Source: an uncultured Halobacteriales archaeon (GTDB lineage: Archaea; Halobacteriota; Halobacteria; Halobacteriales; CAZPIG01). From it: 44,664 nt of DNA. The stretch's first letter is position 1; every line of letters starts with the position of its first letter. The notes under the pieces were generated by a model. The model searched no databases, had not been told where the DNA came from, and saw nothing but the letters and a program-made list of their open reading frames with translations. The stretch lies in contig CAZPIG010000004.1 of the NCBI GenBank assembly GCA_964586205.1, positions 1 through 44,664 on the forward strand. The letters run 5' to 3'. This document shows positions 33,518-42,600 of the stretch, piece by piece. The position numbers and the translations under genes were made by a program.

Positions 33518-34585
33518 TCACTCCACGACGTAGATGCTCCCTTCCTCGGTCAGCGCGACGAACCGCTCGCCGTCGGTGCGGACCGGGCCCGCCGTCTGGC
33601 TGTCCAGGGGCCACCGGTCGCGGATGGTCCCGTCCGGCGAGAGGACGACTAGCTCCTCCGAGCGGATGGTCCCCACGGCGAGGCGGCCGTCGTCGGCGAC
33701 GGCGGGGCTTCCCCTCACTCCGCCGGAAAATTCCGTACGCCACTGCTCGGTTCCGTCGGCTGGGTCGACGGCAGCGAGGGTACCGGTATCCCACCCCTCG
33801 GTCACGCCAGCGAGATAGACCGTCCCGTCGACCGAGACAGGGGGTTCTGCGAACGGCCGCCCGAGCGGGTATCGCCACCGCGGCTGCAGGTCTCCGTCCA
33901 CGAAGTACGACCACGACCCGCCCAGCAGAACACCGTCGTCGAGTACGGTCGGGGTCACCCGAACGCTGAACGACCGGCGGGCCCGGACGCTTCCATCCGA
34001 CGGGTCGAGAACGGCGGTCGACCCGCCGGACGTGCTCGCGACGGTCGCCCACGCGTTGCCGTCCCAGCTCTCCATCGGTCGGGACCCCACGTCGGCGGTC
34101 CACTGCACCGAACCGTCGGTCCGGTCGAGGGCGGCGAACTCGCCGGTCTCCAGTCCGAACGACACGCGCTCGGAGCGGAGAATCGGCGGGCCGGCCGAAC
34201 CGACGTGGGTCCCGAAGCGGTCCCGGAGCGAGAGCCGCCACACCGACCCCGACTCGAAAGAGAGCCGCTGGCAGGACCACCCGCAGACGAACGCCCCGTC
34301 GTCGGTGACGACCGGCGGATGCGTCGACTTTACGACCCCGGGAACGGTCACGACGCGCTCGCCCGTGTCGAGGTCGACACCGACTAGCGACCGCTCCGGC
34401 TCGCCCGGGTCGAGGCTCTCGGGACCGGTCGTGAGGTAGACGACGCCGTCGCGGAGCGTGGGTCCGGTCGTGGCGGTGACGCCGAGGTCGTGCGTGGGCT
34501 CGCGAGGGCCGCCGGCGAACGCGGAGCAGCCGGCGGTGGCGGTGGTTCCGACTGCGACCGCTCGAAGCAGTTGCCGCCTTCTCAT
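33518..34585 (-). CDS. PQQ-like beta-propeller repeat lipoprotein (Tat signal plus lipobox)
   Basis: MRRRQLLRAVAVGTTATAGCSAF, followed by repeated ..G.vy..t.dG.l.ald...G...W strands. The second ATG (34585) is preferred because of a TATA-like CTTTAAG about 28 nt upstream. Confidence 0.8.
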   Translation of the reverse strand: MRRRQLLRAVAVGTTATAGCSAFAGGPREPTHDLGVTATTGPTLRDGVVYLTTGPESLDPGEPERSLVGVDLDTGERVVTVPGVVKSTHPPVVTDDGAFVCGWSCQRLSFESGSVWRLSLRDRFGTHVGSAGPPILRSERVSFGLETGEFAALDRTDGSVQWTADVGSRPMESWDGNAWATVASTSGGSTAVLDPSDGSVRARRSFSVRVTPTVLDDGVLLGGSWSYFVDGDLQPRWRYPLGRPFAEPPVSVDGTVYLAGVTEGWDTGTLAAVDPADGTEQWRTEFSGGVRGSPAVADDGRLAVGTIRSEELVVLSPDGTIRDRWPLDSQTAGPVRTDGERFVALTEEGSIYVVE

Positions 34586-34641
34586 CCATCCCATTATTTC
34601 GTAGCCTCGCTTAAAGAACTTGGCTCTAAAACCGAATCGAA

Positions 34642-36150
34642 TTATGAATCGGGGTCGTTGATACTCGTATATTCACAGTCCAGCCACGTGGAGAGGTCCG
34701 TCGTAGTTTTGAGTGTGGTGTTGAACGACTCGCAGGGGCAATCGGTTCCCAGATACTCGTAGTAGCTCCATTGGAATCCGCCTCTCGTCTCCAGTTCGGG
34801 GGTAAGCCCGTCACCGGCTGGATTTTCGACCTGGATGGCAACACCAGCGGTGTTGTCAGTGGTGTCGGGAAAGTAATCACTGCCGGGACTATCCTCATTG
34901 AGACCAGTGAGCGGAAGATCCCAGTGCCATTGTGTTTGGTCCCCGTCCTGATTCTTCTGCACATCGTCACTCGTCATGGCATCCCCGTTCAGGGAGTATT
35001 CCACAATTATACTCGCGACACCACCCAACGGTCCAGTCACAGAATTGACAAGGTCGAGAACGAGCCCAATCATGTCGTCGTCGGGCGATGTATCGTTGTT
35101 TTGGCCATCCGGACGAGGGTTGTTTAGTTCGGTATTGAAGTTACTGTTATTAGGACCATGCTCAATGAAAGCCTCCACACCAGCCTGGTGGGGGAAACCA
35201 GATTTCTGGTCGCAGGGCATCAGCAGGGAGTCCGGAATCTCTTCGAAAAATCCATCCATATGCCATGGTTTCTGACTCGACTGGATGATCTCGTCGTAGT
35301 CAGATTCCACGTTCCCACTACTATCGTAGCGGACTTTCGCCGAAGTGCTGAACTCGTAGTCCCACGTCATGTTCACGAAGTCGTCGTCGCATCTGTCCGG
35401 GAGAGTGTGCGTTATCCCTCCTTCCATTGACGTTCGGTTCAGGATTCCCACATCGCCTCCATCTGCGTTCGTCGTTACGGAGTCCGTGGTCACCGATTCG
35501 GACAAGTCCTCGCCTTTGGCATCGGAAGTCGAAGTCTCCTCACTCGAAGCCATCCGCGAGACGTTCCGGATACTGTTATCCCGAGGAATCCCGGTCGCGG
35601 GGATCTGGATCTGGTCGAAGCCCGGGACCTGACCCCTGAAGCGCTCCGGATGGAGCGCAGAACCGATGGCCTCTTTGGTGAACCCACGGTCGGTCGCGCC
35701 CAGCGAGAACGCAATCTTCCCGTACCCCGGGGACGGACGCGTGAGCGTCCCGGTGGCTGTATCGCCGTCCGTTTCGAGATAACCCTTCAGGTGGAGGTCC
35801 TCTCCGTCCTCCTGAACGACGTGCTCCGGACGCCGCGACTCGAAGTAGTACCTCGATGCCGTAGGATGGGAATCCACGTCCTCGAGCGGTTCGTCCTCGC
35901 CGACCGGAACGACGAACCCCGCGAGCTTCAACGTCCCGGTAAGGCCGTTTTCGGTCAGCTCCAGTGTGGCAGTTGCGTCGCCTTGCTCCTTGTCCGTGAC
36001 CGGGTCGTAGCTCTTGCCGACGAACCGTCGCTTTCCTAGCTTCTCCGCCCCAGCGGACGAAGTGGCGAGGGTCGCGGCCCCGAGAACCCCGACAGTCTGG
36101 TTGAGTAGCGTTCGCCGTCTGATGGTCACCCCAACGCCTTCTTCCGGCAT
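34642..36150 (-). CDS. Tat-secreted protein of unknown function (lower-GC gene)
   Basis: TIRRRTLLNQTVGVLGAATLATSSAGA is a twin-arginine signal. The mature part is rich in Asp/Thr/Ser/Asn/Gly, with Cys residues clustered near the C-terminus (..TDCPCESF..WLDCEY). Composition is mixed, about 45-65% G+C on sampled lines. Confidence 0.7.
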   Translation of the reverse strand: MPEEGVGVTIRRRTLLNQTVGVLGAATLATSSAGAEKLGKRRFVGKSYDPVTDKEQGDATATLELTENGLTGTLKLAGFVVPVGEDEPLEDVDSHPTASRYYFESRRPEHVVQEDGEDLHLKGYLETDGDTATGTLTRPSPGYGKIAFSLGATDRGFTKEAIGSALHPERFRGQVPGFDQIQIPATGIPRDNSIRNVSRMASSEETSTSDAKGEDLSESVTTDSVTTNADGGDVGILNRTSMEGGITHTLPDRCDDDFVNMTWDYEFSTSAKVRYDSSGNVESDYDEIIQSSQKPWHMDGFFEEIPDSLLMPCDQKSGFPHQAGVEAFIEHGPNNSNFNTELNNPRPDGQNNDTSPDDDMIGLVLDLVNSVTGPLGGVASIIVEYSLNGDAMTSDDVQKNQDGDQTQWHWDLPLTGLNEDSPGSDYFPDTTDNTAGVAIQVENPAGDGLTPELETRGGFQWSYYEYLGTDCPCESFNTTLKTTTDLSTWLDCEYTSINDPDS

Positions 36151-36398
36151 GGGGTCAGTTTTGAATCACCATGAAAATGAATTTTTCCTATATACAGTTA
36201 GTGAAAATGGCCGCCTGGTATCAAATGACATAATGGTGTTCAGGCCCACGTGCTTCGAGCCGCCTCCGTCGGGCTGACCGTGGGGCGAGAGCGGAGCGGG
36301 ACGGTCGGGATACGATTTCACCGTCGGTTACCCGGTCTAAATTTGCGGATACAAATGACTGTCCGTATAGCTGCCGGTCGTCCACCGCCACGCCACCC

Positions 36399-36734
36399 TC
36401 AGTCGTCCGCCGTCGCACTCCCGCCGCCCGCTTCCACGTCGGCGTCGGCCTCGATGGACGGCGGGTACTTGCCGCGGTCGAGCTTCAGGTCCGACTGGGG
36501 ACGGGCCATGCAGGTCAGCGCGAAGCGCTCCTTCTCCTCCTCCGTAAGGGCGTGGGCCGCCGGCTGGACGACCTCGCCCTCCACTATCTCCGCCGAGCAC
36601 GCCAGACACATGCCGACGCGACAGGAGTACTCCTGGGCGATGCCGGCGTCGAGGCAGGCCCGCAGGATGGTCTCCTTCTCGGAGACCGCCAGGGTCTCGC
36701 CCGTGTTGACGAACTCGACGGTGTACTCGGTCAT
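36399..36734 (-). CDS. plant-type 2Fe-2S ferredoxin
   Basis: MTEYTVEFVN.., cluster motif C-x4-C-x2-C (SCRVGMCLACS) plus the distal Cys (LTCMARP). ATG at 36734 is preferred over the TTG at 36761. Confidence 0.9.
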   Translation of the reverse strand: MTEYTVEFVNTGETLAVSEKETILRACLDAGIAQEYSCRVGMCLACSAEIVEGEVVQPAAHALTEEEKERFALTCMARPQSDLKLDRGKYPPSIEADADVEAGGGSATADD

Positions 36735-36759
36735 GGTCGCCCCTTGCACGGACCCTGCC

Positions 36760-36776
36760 AAAACTCTTTATGCCCG
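36760..36776 (-). promoter_or_regulatory. 17-nt promoter-proximal motif upstream of the ferredoxin gene
   Basis: The minus strand reads CGGGCATAAAGAGTTTT and ends exactly 25 nt before the ATG at 36734. It is identical to 38209-38225. Confidence 0.6.
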
Positions 36777-36808
36777 ATTCGGGTCGTCGACGAGGGGACA
36801 GAACCCCG

Positions 36809-37906
36809 TCATCCTTCGTCGGGGGCGACGACAGTCCCGCTGTCGAGCGGGTCCTCGATGTCGCCCGTGACCGACTCGAGGAGGTCGGTCACGGTCACCA
36901 TCCCGACGACCTCGCCGTCCTCGATGACGAGTGCGAGCTCCTGGTTCTCGGCCTGGAACCGGTCGATGGCGTCGCTCACGTCGACGTCCGGGGACATCGT
37001 CATGGGTGGAGCCGCCAGCTCGGTGAAATCGACGTCGCCGTCGGTCACCCCGTCGCGGTACTGGGTGATGATCGGGAGATAGACGATGCCCCGGAAGTCG
37101 GTCGTATCCTCGCCGACCAACGGGTACCGCGTGTGGGGGTTCGCTGCTATCCGCCGGAAGTTCTCGTCGGTGTCGACTTCGGTGGAGAGAGCGACGACGT
37201 CCTCGGCCGGAACCATCACCTCCCGGACCGGTCGCTCCCCGATCTGGAGGGCGTTCATCACCTCGTCGCGGCGTTCCGCGGACAGGTCGCCCTCCTCTAG
37301 GACCGACCCGAGGCGGTTCCGCAGGTCGGCCCGCGATTCGATGACGTCCTCCTCGGTTTCGAGCCACGCCCCGGTCATCTCGACCCCGAACAGTCCCAGC
37401 GTCAACTTCGCGACCCAATCGCCGAGCGTGATGAGCGGCGAGATCAGCCAGTTGAACCAGTACAGCGGCGTCGCGCCGTACCGACACACCATCTGGGACC
37501 GTTCGACGCCGAGGTAGGTCGGCGTCTGCTCGCCGTGGGTCAGGTGGACGAGGTTGATCACGAGAAAGGCGAGGATGGCACCCGACCCGATGGCCGCCAG
37601 CGCAGTGTCCGCGAACAGCGGCTCGAACAGCGCCGCCAGCGCGGGTTCGGCGACGATACCGACCGCGATACTCGACGCCGTGATTCCGACCTGGCAGGTC
37701 GTGAGGTAGATCTCGAGGTTCTGGGTCATCTCCCACGCCCGCTGGAGGGCCCCGTCGCCGTCGCCGACGAACTCCTCCTCGGTGAACTGCCGCGCTCGCG
37801 TCAGTGCGAACTCGATGGCGACGAAGAACCCGTTCGAGAGTATCAGCAGGACTCCGGCGACGAGACGGACCCCTGCTTCGAGCGTGTTCATTGCCACCAT
37901 ACTCAC
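36809..37906 (-). CDS. CNNM/DUF21 transmembrane domain plus CBS-pair protein (hemolysin/CorC-related family)
   Basis: ..LLILSNGFFVAIEFALTRAR.. is the DUF21 start. ..VREVMVPAEDVVAL.. and ..LALVIEDGEVVGMVTVTDLLE are CBS repeats. Confidence 0.85.
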   Translation of the reverse strand: MSMVAMNTLEAGVRLVAGVLLILSNGFFVAIEFALTRARQFTEEEFVGDGDGALQRAWEMTQNLEIYLTTCQVGITASSIAVGIVAEPALAALFEPLFADTALAAIGSGAILAFLVINLVHLTHGEQTPTYLGVERSQMVCRYGATPLYWFNWLISPLITLGDWVAKLTLGLFGVEMTGAWLETEEDVIESRADLRNRLGSVLEEGDLSAERRDEVMNALQIGERPVREVMVPAEDVVALSTEVDTDENFRRIAANPHTRYPLVGEDTTDFRGIVYLPIITQYRDGVTDGDVDFTELAAPPMTMSPDVDVSDAIDRFQAENQELALVIEDGEVVGMVTVTDLLESVTGDIEDPLDSGTVVAPDEG

Positions 37907-38208
37907 TCACGCACGGACGGGTCGGCGAGGGGTGGTACCCCCAGTTCTCTTCGAGAGCGCGACCTTCCCAGCCGGAACGTCCCGGCGGGTCGCCGTCTCC
38001 CGGGCTACCCCACCGGAGAGCTCACCCAGTGACATCGCCTCCCAATAGCGTCTTCAATCGGAAAAGGTGCGGGTCGGTGCGGCAGGTGGTGCCGAGACGC
38101 GGCGTGGAGAAGCGACGGTACTGTCGCCACCCGGAAGCCCCGGTGGGCGACGAGCAGGGGCGTTCGAGGAGCCAGTTTCGCGTGGAATCCGAGCAGCGCC
38201 GACCGGCA

Positions 38209-38225
38209 CGGGCATAAAGAGTTTT
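38209..38225 (+). promoter_or_regulatory. 17-nt promoter-proximal motif upstream of the geranylgeranyl reductase gene
   Basis: CGGGCATAAAGAGTTTT ends exactly 25 nt before the ATG at 38251. It is identical to the ferredoxin copy. Confidence 0.6.
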
Positions 38226-38250
38226 CCCCCCGGCCCATGGAGCCCCCGAC

Positions 38251-39621
38251 ATGGCCACCCACGAGTACGACGTAGTGGTCGTCGGAGCCGGGACCGGCGG
38301 CTGCTACGCCGCGGCGACCGTCGCCGACGCGGGCTACGACGTCGCCGTCGTAGAGCGCAAGAGCGAATCGGAGGCGGGCCACATCGCCTGCGGGGACGCT
38401 CTGAAGGGCTCGGACGCCTTCCCGGACGCCATCCCCGAGTCGAAGCTCGAGCCGGCGATGACCAACACCGGCGTCGACCACGGCCGCTTCGAGATCCCCC
38501 AGGCCGACACCGTCCTCGACATCCCCGTGCCCGGCGAGCTAGCGGTCGTCGACCGCTTCCGGTACGGCCGCCAGATAATCGAGGGGGCCGACGAGGCGGG
38601 CGCGGACCTCCACTACGACGTGGTCGTGACCGAGGTCACCCAGGACGACGACGGCCGCGTCACCGGCGTCCGCGGCAAGCGGAACGGCGACGTCGAGATC
38701 TTCGACGCCGACGTGGTGATAGACGCCGCGGGCGCGATGTCCGTGCTCCAGGACGACGTGGACTTCGACGGGACGACCTTCGACACGAACGTCGACTACT
38801 CGCAGTTCTGCTCGGCCTACCGGGAGATACTCACCGTCGACGAGCCGGTCGAGTGGTCCGACGCGCTCGTGTTCAAGCCCACCGAGCGCGCGGCGGGGTA
38901 CCTCTGGTACTTCCCGCGGACCGACACCGAGATAAACGCGGGCCTCGGCTTCCAGATGACCGAGGAGCCGATGCACCTCGTGGAGGACCTGAAGCGGGAC
39001 GTCCGCGCCCGCCCGGAGTTCGCGGGCGCGGAGGTCGAGGACAAGCTCGGCGCGGCGCTGCCGACCCGCCGGCCGTACGACTCGGCGGTGGCCCCGGGCT
39101 TTCTCGCGGTCGGCGACGCGGCGGGCCACGTCAACCCCACCACGGGCGGCGGCATCGCGGGCGCGGCGTACGCGGGCGCGTACGCGGGCGAGCAGGCCGT
39201 CGCGGCCATCGAGGACGGCGACGTGGGCGAGGCGAACCTCTGGCGGTACAACGAGCGCGTGATGGACCACTTCGGCGCGCGCTACGCGGGGCTGGACGTG
39301 TACAACGTCTTCACCACGGCCGTCGACGTGGACGACCTGATGAGCCTGCTCGCCGCGCTCCCGACGGCGAAGCTCTCGGAGGCGCTCTACTCCGGCAGCG
39401 CCGCCATCGGGCTCGGCCTGAAGCTCCGCATCGCCGTCAAGTCGCTGGGTCACCTCGGGGTGGTCACGGACCTCTACCGGACGAAGGGGCTCGCGGACGA
39501 GATAATCGACCACTACGACGACTACCCGGACGACCCCGCCGACTTCCACGGCTGGCAGTCCCGGCGCGACGACCTGATGGACCGGGTGTACGCCGCCACC
39601 GGCGCGGACCCGAAGTACTGA
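38251..39621 (+). CDS. geranylgeranyl reductase family FAD-dependent oxidoreductase (digeranylgeranylglycerophospholipid reductase-like)
   Basis: YDVVVVGAGTGGCYAAATVADAGYDVAVVERK (Rossmann GxGxxG), ..IACGDAL.., ..LAVGDAAGHVNPTTGGGI... Confidence 0.85.
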   Translation: MATHEYDVVVVGAGTGGCYAAATVADAGYDVAVVERKSESEAGHIACGDALKGSDAFPDAIPESKLEPAMTNTGVDHGRFEIPQADTVLDIPVPGELAVVDRFRYGRQIIEGADEAGADLHYDVVVTEVTQDDDGRVTGVRGKRNGDVEIFDADVVIDAAGAMSVLQDDVDFDGTTFDTNVDYSQFCSAYREILTVDEPVEWSDALVFKPTERAAGYLWYFPRTDTEINAGLGFQMTEEPMHLVEDLKRDVRARPEFAGAEVEDKLGAALPTRRPYDSAVAPGFLAVGDAAGHVNPTTGGGIAGAAYAGAYAGEQAVAAIEDGDVGEANLWRYNERVMDHFGARYAGLDVYNVFTTAVDVDDLMSLLAALPTAKLSEALYSGSAAIGLGLKLRIAVKSLGHLGVVTDLYRTKGLADEIIDHYDDYPDDPADFHGWQSRRDDLMDRVYAATGADPKY

Positions 39622-39685
39622 GAATCGAACACCGCACTCCACTCCGACTCGCTCGCCGTCGCTCGCGTCACCGTCGCTCGCGTCA
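39622..39685. repeat. truncated MITE-family remnant plus tandem 15-nt duplication
   Basis: The reverse complement of 39622-39650 reads ..GGAGTGGAGTGCGGTGTTCGATTCTCA, similar to the left end of copy C (GGGAGTGGTGTTCGGAATCGG). CCGTCGCTCGCGTCA occurs twice at 39656-39670 and 39671-39685. The second copy contains the halocyanin stop codon. Confidence 0.4.
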
Positions 39686-40312
39686 GTTCTCCGGCTCGGT
39701 CGCCTCGCCGTACTTGATGAACACGAACGCGAGCCCCAGCGTCGCCAGCATCGCCACGAGGGCCGCGACGGTGAGGCTCCGGGCCGCGTTCGGGACGAGC
39801 GGACCGGTCGGCCCCTCGCCGCCGCCGTTCTCGCCGCCGTCGCTCCCGGGCTGGCCGACGACGACGGCACCCTTCATGCCGAGGCCGAGGTGGGGCTGGC
39901 AGTAGTACCGGTAGATGCCCTCGTCCTCGAAGGTGAACTCGTAGGTCGCGCCCTCCTCGGCCAGCAGGTCCGACCCGAAGCGGTCGCCGCCCTCCTGGAG
40001 GACGTTGTGGCTGCCGCCCTGGCCGGTCCACTCCCACACCACCGTGGTGCCGGGGTCGACCTGCACCGCGGGCGGACCGTACGCGAAGAAGTTCGTGTTG
40101 CCCTCGACGCCCACGTCGACGGTGACCTCGCTCTGGCCGGTCATGTCCGCGGTGGTGCCGTCGAAGTTCGAGACGTCGCTGAACCACCCGCCGTAGTCGA
40201 TGCCGTCCTGGGCCGCGGCCGGGGCGGCCGCGCCCGTCGCGGCGGTCGCCCCCGCCGCAGCCAGCAGGAAGCCGCGCCGGTCGAGGTCGCCCGAGGGGTC
40301 CGCGCCTGTCAT
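39683..40312 (-). CDS. halocyanin (type I blue copper protein), Tat signal and C-terminal membrane anchor
   Basis: DRRGFLLAAAGATA.., WEWTGQGGSHNV, copper ligands YYCQPHLGLGMKG, and the C-terminal TM segment LTVAALVAMLATLGLAFVFI. Confidence 0.9.
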   Translation of the reverse strand: MTGADPSGDLDRRGFLLAAAGATAATGAAAPAAAQDGIDYGGWFSDVSNFDGTTADMTGQSEVTVDVGVEGNTNFFAYGPPAVQVDPGTTVVWEWTGQGGSHNVLQEGGDRFGSDLLAEEGATYEFTFEDEGIYRYYCQPHLGLGMKGAVVVGQPGSDGGENGGGEGPTGPLVPNAARSLTVAALVAMLATLGLAFVFIKYGEATEPEN

Positions 40313-40456
40313 GCGAGGGGCTTTCCGCGCCCCGATACTGAATACTTTGGTTTGGCGTCGGGGCGATGCTCCGGTCCGCGGTCGGAAGTGTCGGGTCCGG
40401 GCCCGCCAGCAACGGGGACCGAACCGACCCCACGCGTCCGTTCAGCGGGCGCAGTC

Positions 40457-41899
40457 TCAGCACGCGCAGTAGTACTCGCGGGCGCTGAACTCCGTCCGCA
40501 GCAGGTCGAGGGCGGGGTCGGGGTCGGCGGGCCGGTAGACGCCGGCGACGAGGTCGTCGCGCTCCTCGACGGCCCCCGACAGCAGCGCCGTCCACTGCTC
40601 GTCGTCCAGCACGTCCGCGAAGTCGGGGGCCTCGCCGAGCAGGGCGAGGTAGTCCCGGAGGTAGACCCACCGCGTGGGCGAGGGGGTGGCGTCGGTGCCG
40701 GCTGGGTCGGCGATGCCAGTCGCGTCCGCGGACGCGCGGGAATCGGCCTCCCCATCGTCGCCGCCCGTGGCGCTAGAGTCCGCGTCCACCTCCGGCCGCC
40801 CCGGCTCCACGCGGGGCTCGTAGTCCGCGCCCGTGACCGAGGCGTAGGCGGCCATCGGGAGGTTAGCGCCGGCGGCGACCGGCATGGCTATCCACTTCCA
40901 CGGCCGGGTGTTCACGTCCAGCAGGACGAACGTCTCCCGCTCGTCGTCGTAGACGAACTCCGACTCGCTGATGCCGTGGTAGCCGGAGGCGTCGAGCACG
41001 GAGAGCGCGCGCTCGGCGAGGGCGGGCCGCTCGACGCGGTCGACGACGCAGGAGGTGCCGTAGCCCCGCGGGTACCGCACCGCGGCGTTGCCGACGACCC
41101 ACAGCGGGTCGCCGTCGGGCGGGACGTACGAGGCCAGCGAGCAGTCCTCGCCCGTCGCGACGGCCACCTTGCGCTGGGCCATCACCCGCACGTCCGCCGC
41201 GCGGGCTTCCTCGAGCATCTCGTCGAACTCCTCGCGGCTCCCGACCTCGACGACGTTGGTCCCGACGGCCTCCTCGAACTCCCGCTTCAGCGCGGGCTTG
41301 ACGACGAGGGGGAAGCCGAGCGTCTCGGCGGCCTCGTCGGGGGCGACCACCGGGAGGGGGTCGCCGGTGGCCTCGGACGTGTCCGTCTTTCCGGCGACCT
41401 CCCCGCCGTCGGTTCCGACCCGACCGTCGCGGCCTGGGCCGGCGATGCGGTAGGTCTCGGGCACCGGCACGTCGAGGTCGCGGGCGAGCGCGTACAGCGA
41501 CTCCTTGTCGAGGACGGCGTCCACCGCGTCGGCGTCGAACGGCAGCGCCACGCCCTCCGGGCGGGCGCGGACGAAAGCGTGGACCCACTCGTCCATGCAG
41601 CCGAAGGCGACCGGCTCGTGGTCCACGGCCGCGGCGAGCGCCTCGACGTCCTCGCGGAAGCTGTCGAGGTCGTCGAGCGGGTAGGTGACGCGGCCGGCGA
41701 GGTCGACGGCGGTCGAGCCCGGGGCCACGCCGTCGCCGACGCGGTCCAGCGCGACGACGGGCACGTCGTGTCGGTCGAGGGCGCGCGCGACGCCGAGGCC
41801 CGTGACGTGGGCGTTGGCGACGAAGGCGGGCGGCCGGTCGAAGTCGCGGGCTTCGACGGCGTCGAGCAGGCCCTGGAACGACCGGAAGCGGTCGGTCAT
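40457..41899 (-). CDS. ATP-grasp domain protein (carboxylate-amine ligase-like)
   Basis: A pre-ATP-grasp Rossmann-like N-terminus (..AFVANAHVTGLGVARAL..VPVVALD), ..FPLVVKPALK.. and ..GISESEFVYDDERETFVLLDVNTRPW are typical ATP-grasp strands. An acidic insertion lies near the C-terminus. Confidence 0.7.
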   Translation of the reverse strand: MTDRFRSFQGLLDAVEARDFDRPPAFVANAHVTGLGVARALDRHDVPVVALDRVGDGVAPGSTAVDLAGRVTYPLDDLDSFREDVEALAAAVDHEPVAFGCMDEWVHAFVRARPEGVALPFDADAVDAVLDKESLYALARDLDVPVPETYRIAGPGRDGRVGTDGGEVAGKTDTSEATGDPLPVVAPDEAAETLGFPLVVKPALKREFEEAVGTNVVEVGSREEFDEMLEEARAADVRVMAQRKVAVATGEDCSLASYVPPDGDPLWVVGNAAVRYPRGYGTSCVVDRVERPALAERALSVLDASGYHGISESEFVYDDERETFVLLDVNTRPWKWIAMPVAAGANLPMAAYASVTGADYEPRVEPGRPEVDADSSATGGDDGEADSRASADATGIADPAGTDATPSPTRWVYLRDYLALLGEAPDFADVLDDEQWTALLSGAVEERDDLVAGVYRPADPDPALDLLRTEFSAREYYCAC

Positions 41900-41921
41900 G
41901 GTGTCGTTGCTACCGCTGGAC

Positions 41922-41955
41922 GGTGTAAAAATCTCCCGACGGAGGTTTTTTACAC
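41922..41955. promoter_or_regulatory. near-perfect palindrome carrying two divergent A/T boxes
   Basis: GGTGTAAAAATCTCC-CGAC-GGAGGTTTTTTACAC lies between the divergent starts at 41899 (-) and 41968 (+). Confidence 0.45.
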
Positions 41956-41967
41956 ACTCTCAGTTAC

Positions 41968-42600
41968 GTGTATCCCACAGTGGCTCCCGCTCGCCGCCGT
42001 CTCGCCGTCGGAGCAGCGTACGTTCTGGGCGTGCTCGGCCCAGTGGTCGCGTTTTCGGAGCTGCGGAATCCGGACGTCTGGTTCGCGGTCGGGGCCGTCT
42101 ACGCGCTCACACTCGCACTCGTGGTCGCTGGATGGTACCTGCGCCCGCGCTCGCTCGGGTTCCCGGCGGCCGTCGGCGTTGCCGGCGTGGTCGTGCTCGC
42201 CCTCGCTCCGCTCACGCCACGGCTGTTCGTGGTGGGCAACGCCCCCGCGCCGCTGCTCCCGGGTTGGTCGGGGGTCGCGCTCCACCTCCAGCGGTTCGTC
42301 CCGGTGGCGTTCATGCTGCCGCTCGGCGTTGCGACGAGCCGTCGCCGCCGAGTCGGCGTCGTGGCCGTCGTGGTCCTGCCGGTGGTGTACGAGCTGGTCG
42401 AGTGGTTCGTCGTCCACCCGGAGCGGTTCAGCCCCTACTGGACGACGCCGCTGACGCTGGTCGTCGGTCAGGGGTTCTGGCTGCTGTTCCTCGCCGGCCT
42501 CGGCGGCCCCCTGTTCCTGCTCGGCCGTCGGCTAGCCCGCCGCGAGGGTGGGTCACCTCCGGGCGACCGCGGCGTGAGGACCGCTCCCGACCCGGCGTGA
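41968..42600 (+). CDS. polytopic membrane protein of unknown function
   Basis: GTG start. Six or so hydrophobic segments. High GC3. No family recognised. Confidence 0.45.
   Translation: MYPTVAPARRRLAVGAAYVLGVLGPVVAFSELRNPDVWFAVGAVYALTLALVVAGWYLRPRSLGFPAAVGVAGVVVLALAPLTPRLFVVGNAPAPLLPGWSGVALHLQRFVPVAFMLPLGVATSRRRRVGVVAVVVLPVVYELVEWFVVHPERFSPYWTTPLTLVVGQGFWLLFLAGLGGPLFLLGRRLARREGGSPPGDRGVRTAPDPA

Noticed and set aside
11047-36250. An integrase, transposase or other mobility gene that would explain the five lower-GC islets.
   Set aside because: I inspected every ORF over 60 aa in and around the islets. None shows tyrosine or serine recombinase motifs, or DDE or HUH transposase motifs. The islets therefore cannot be called integrative elements from this window alone.
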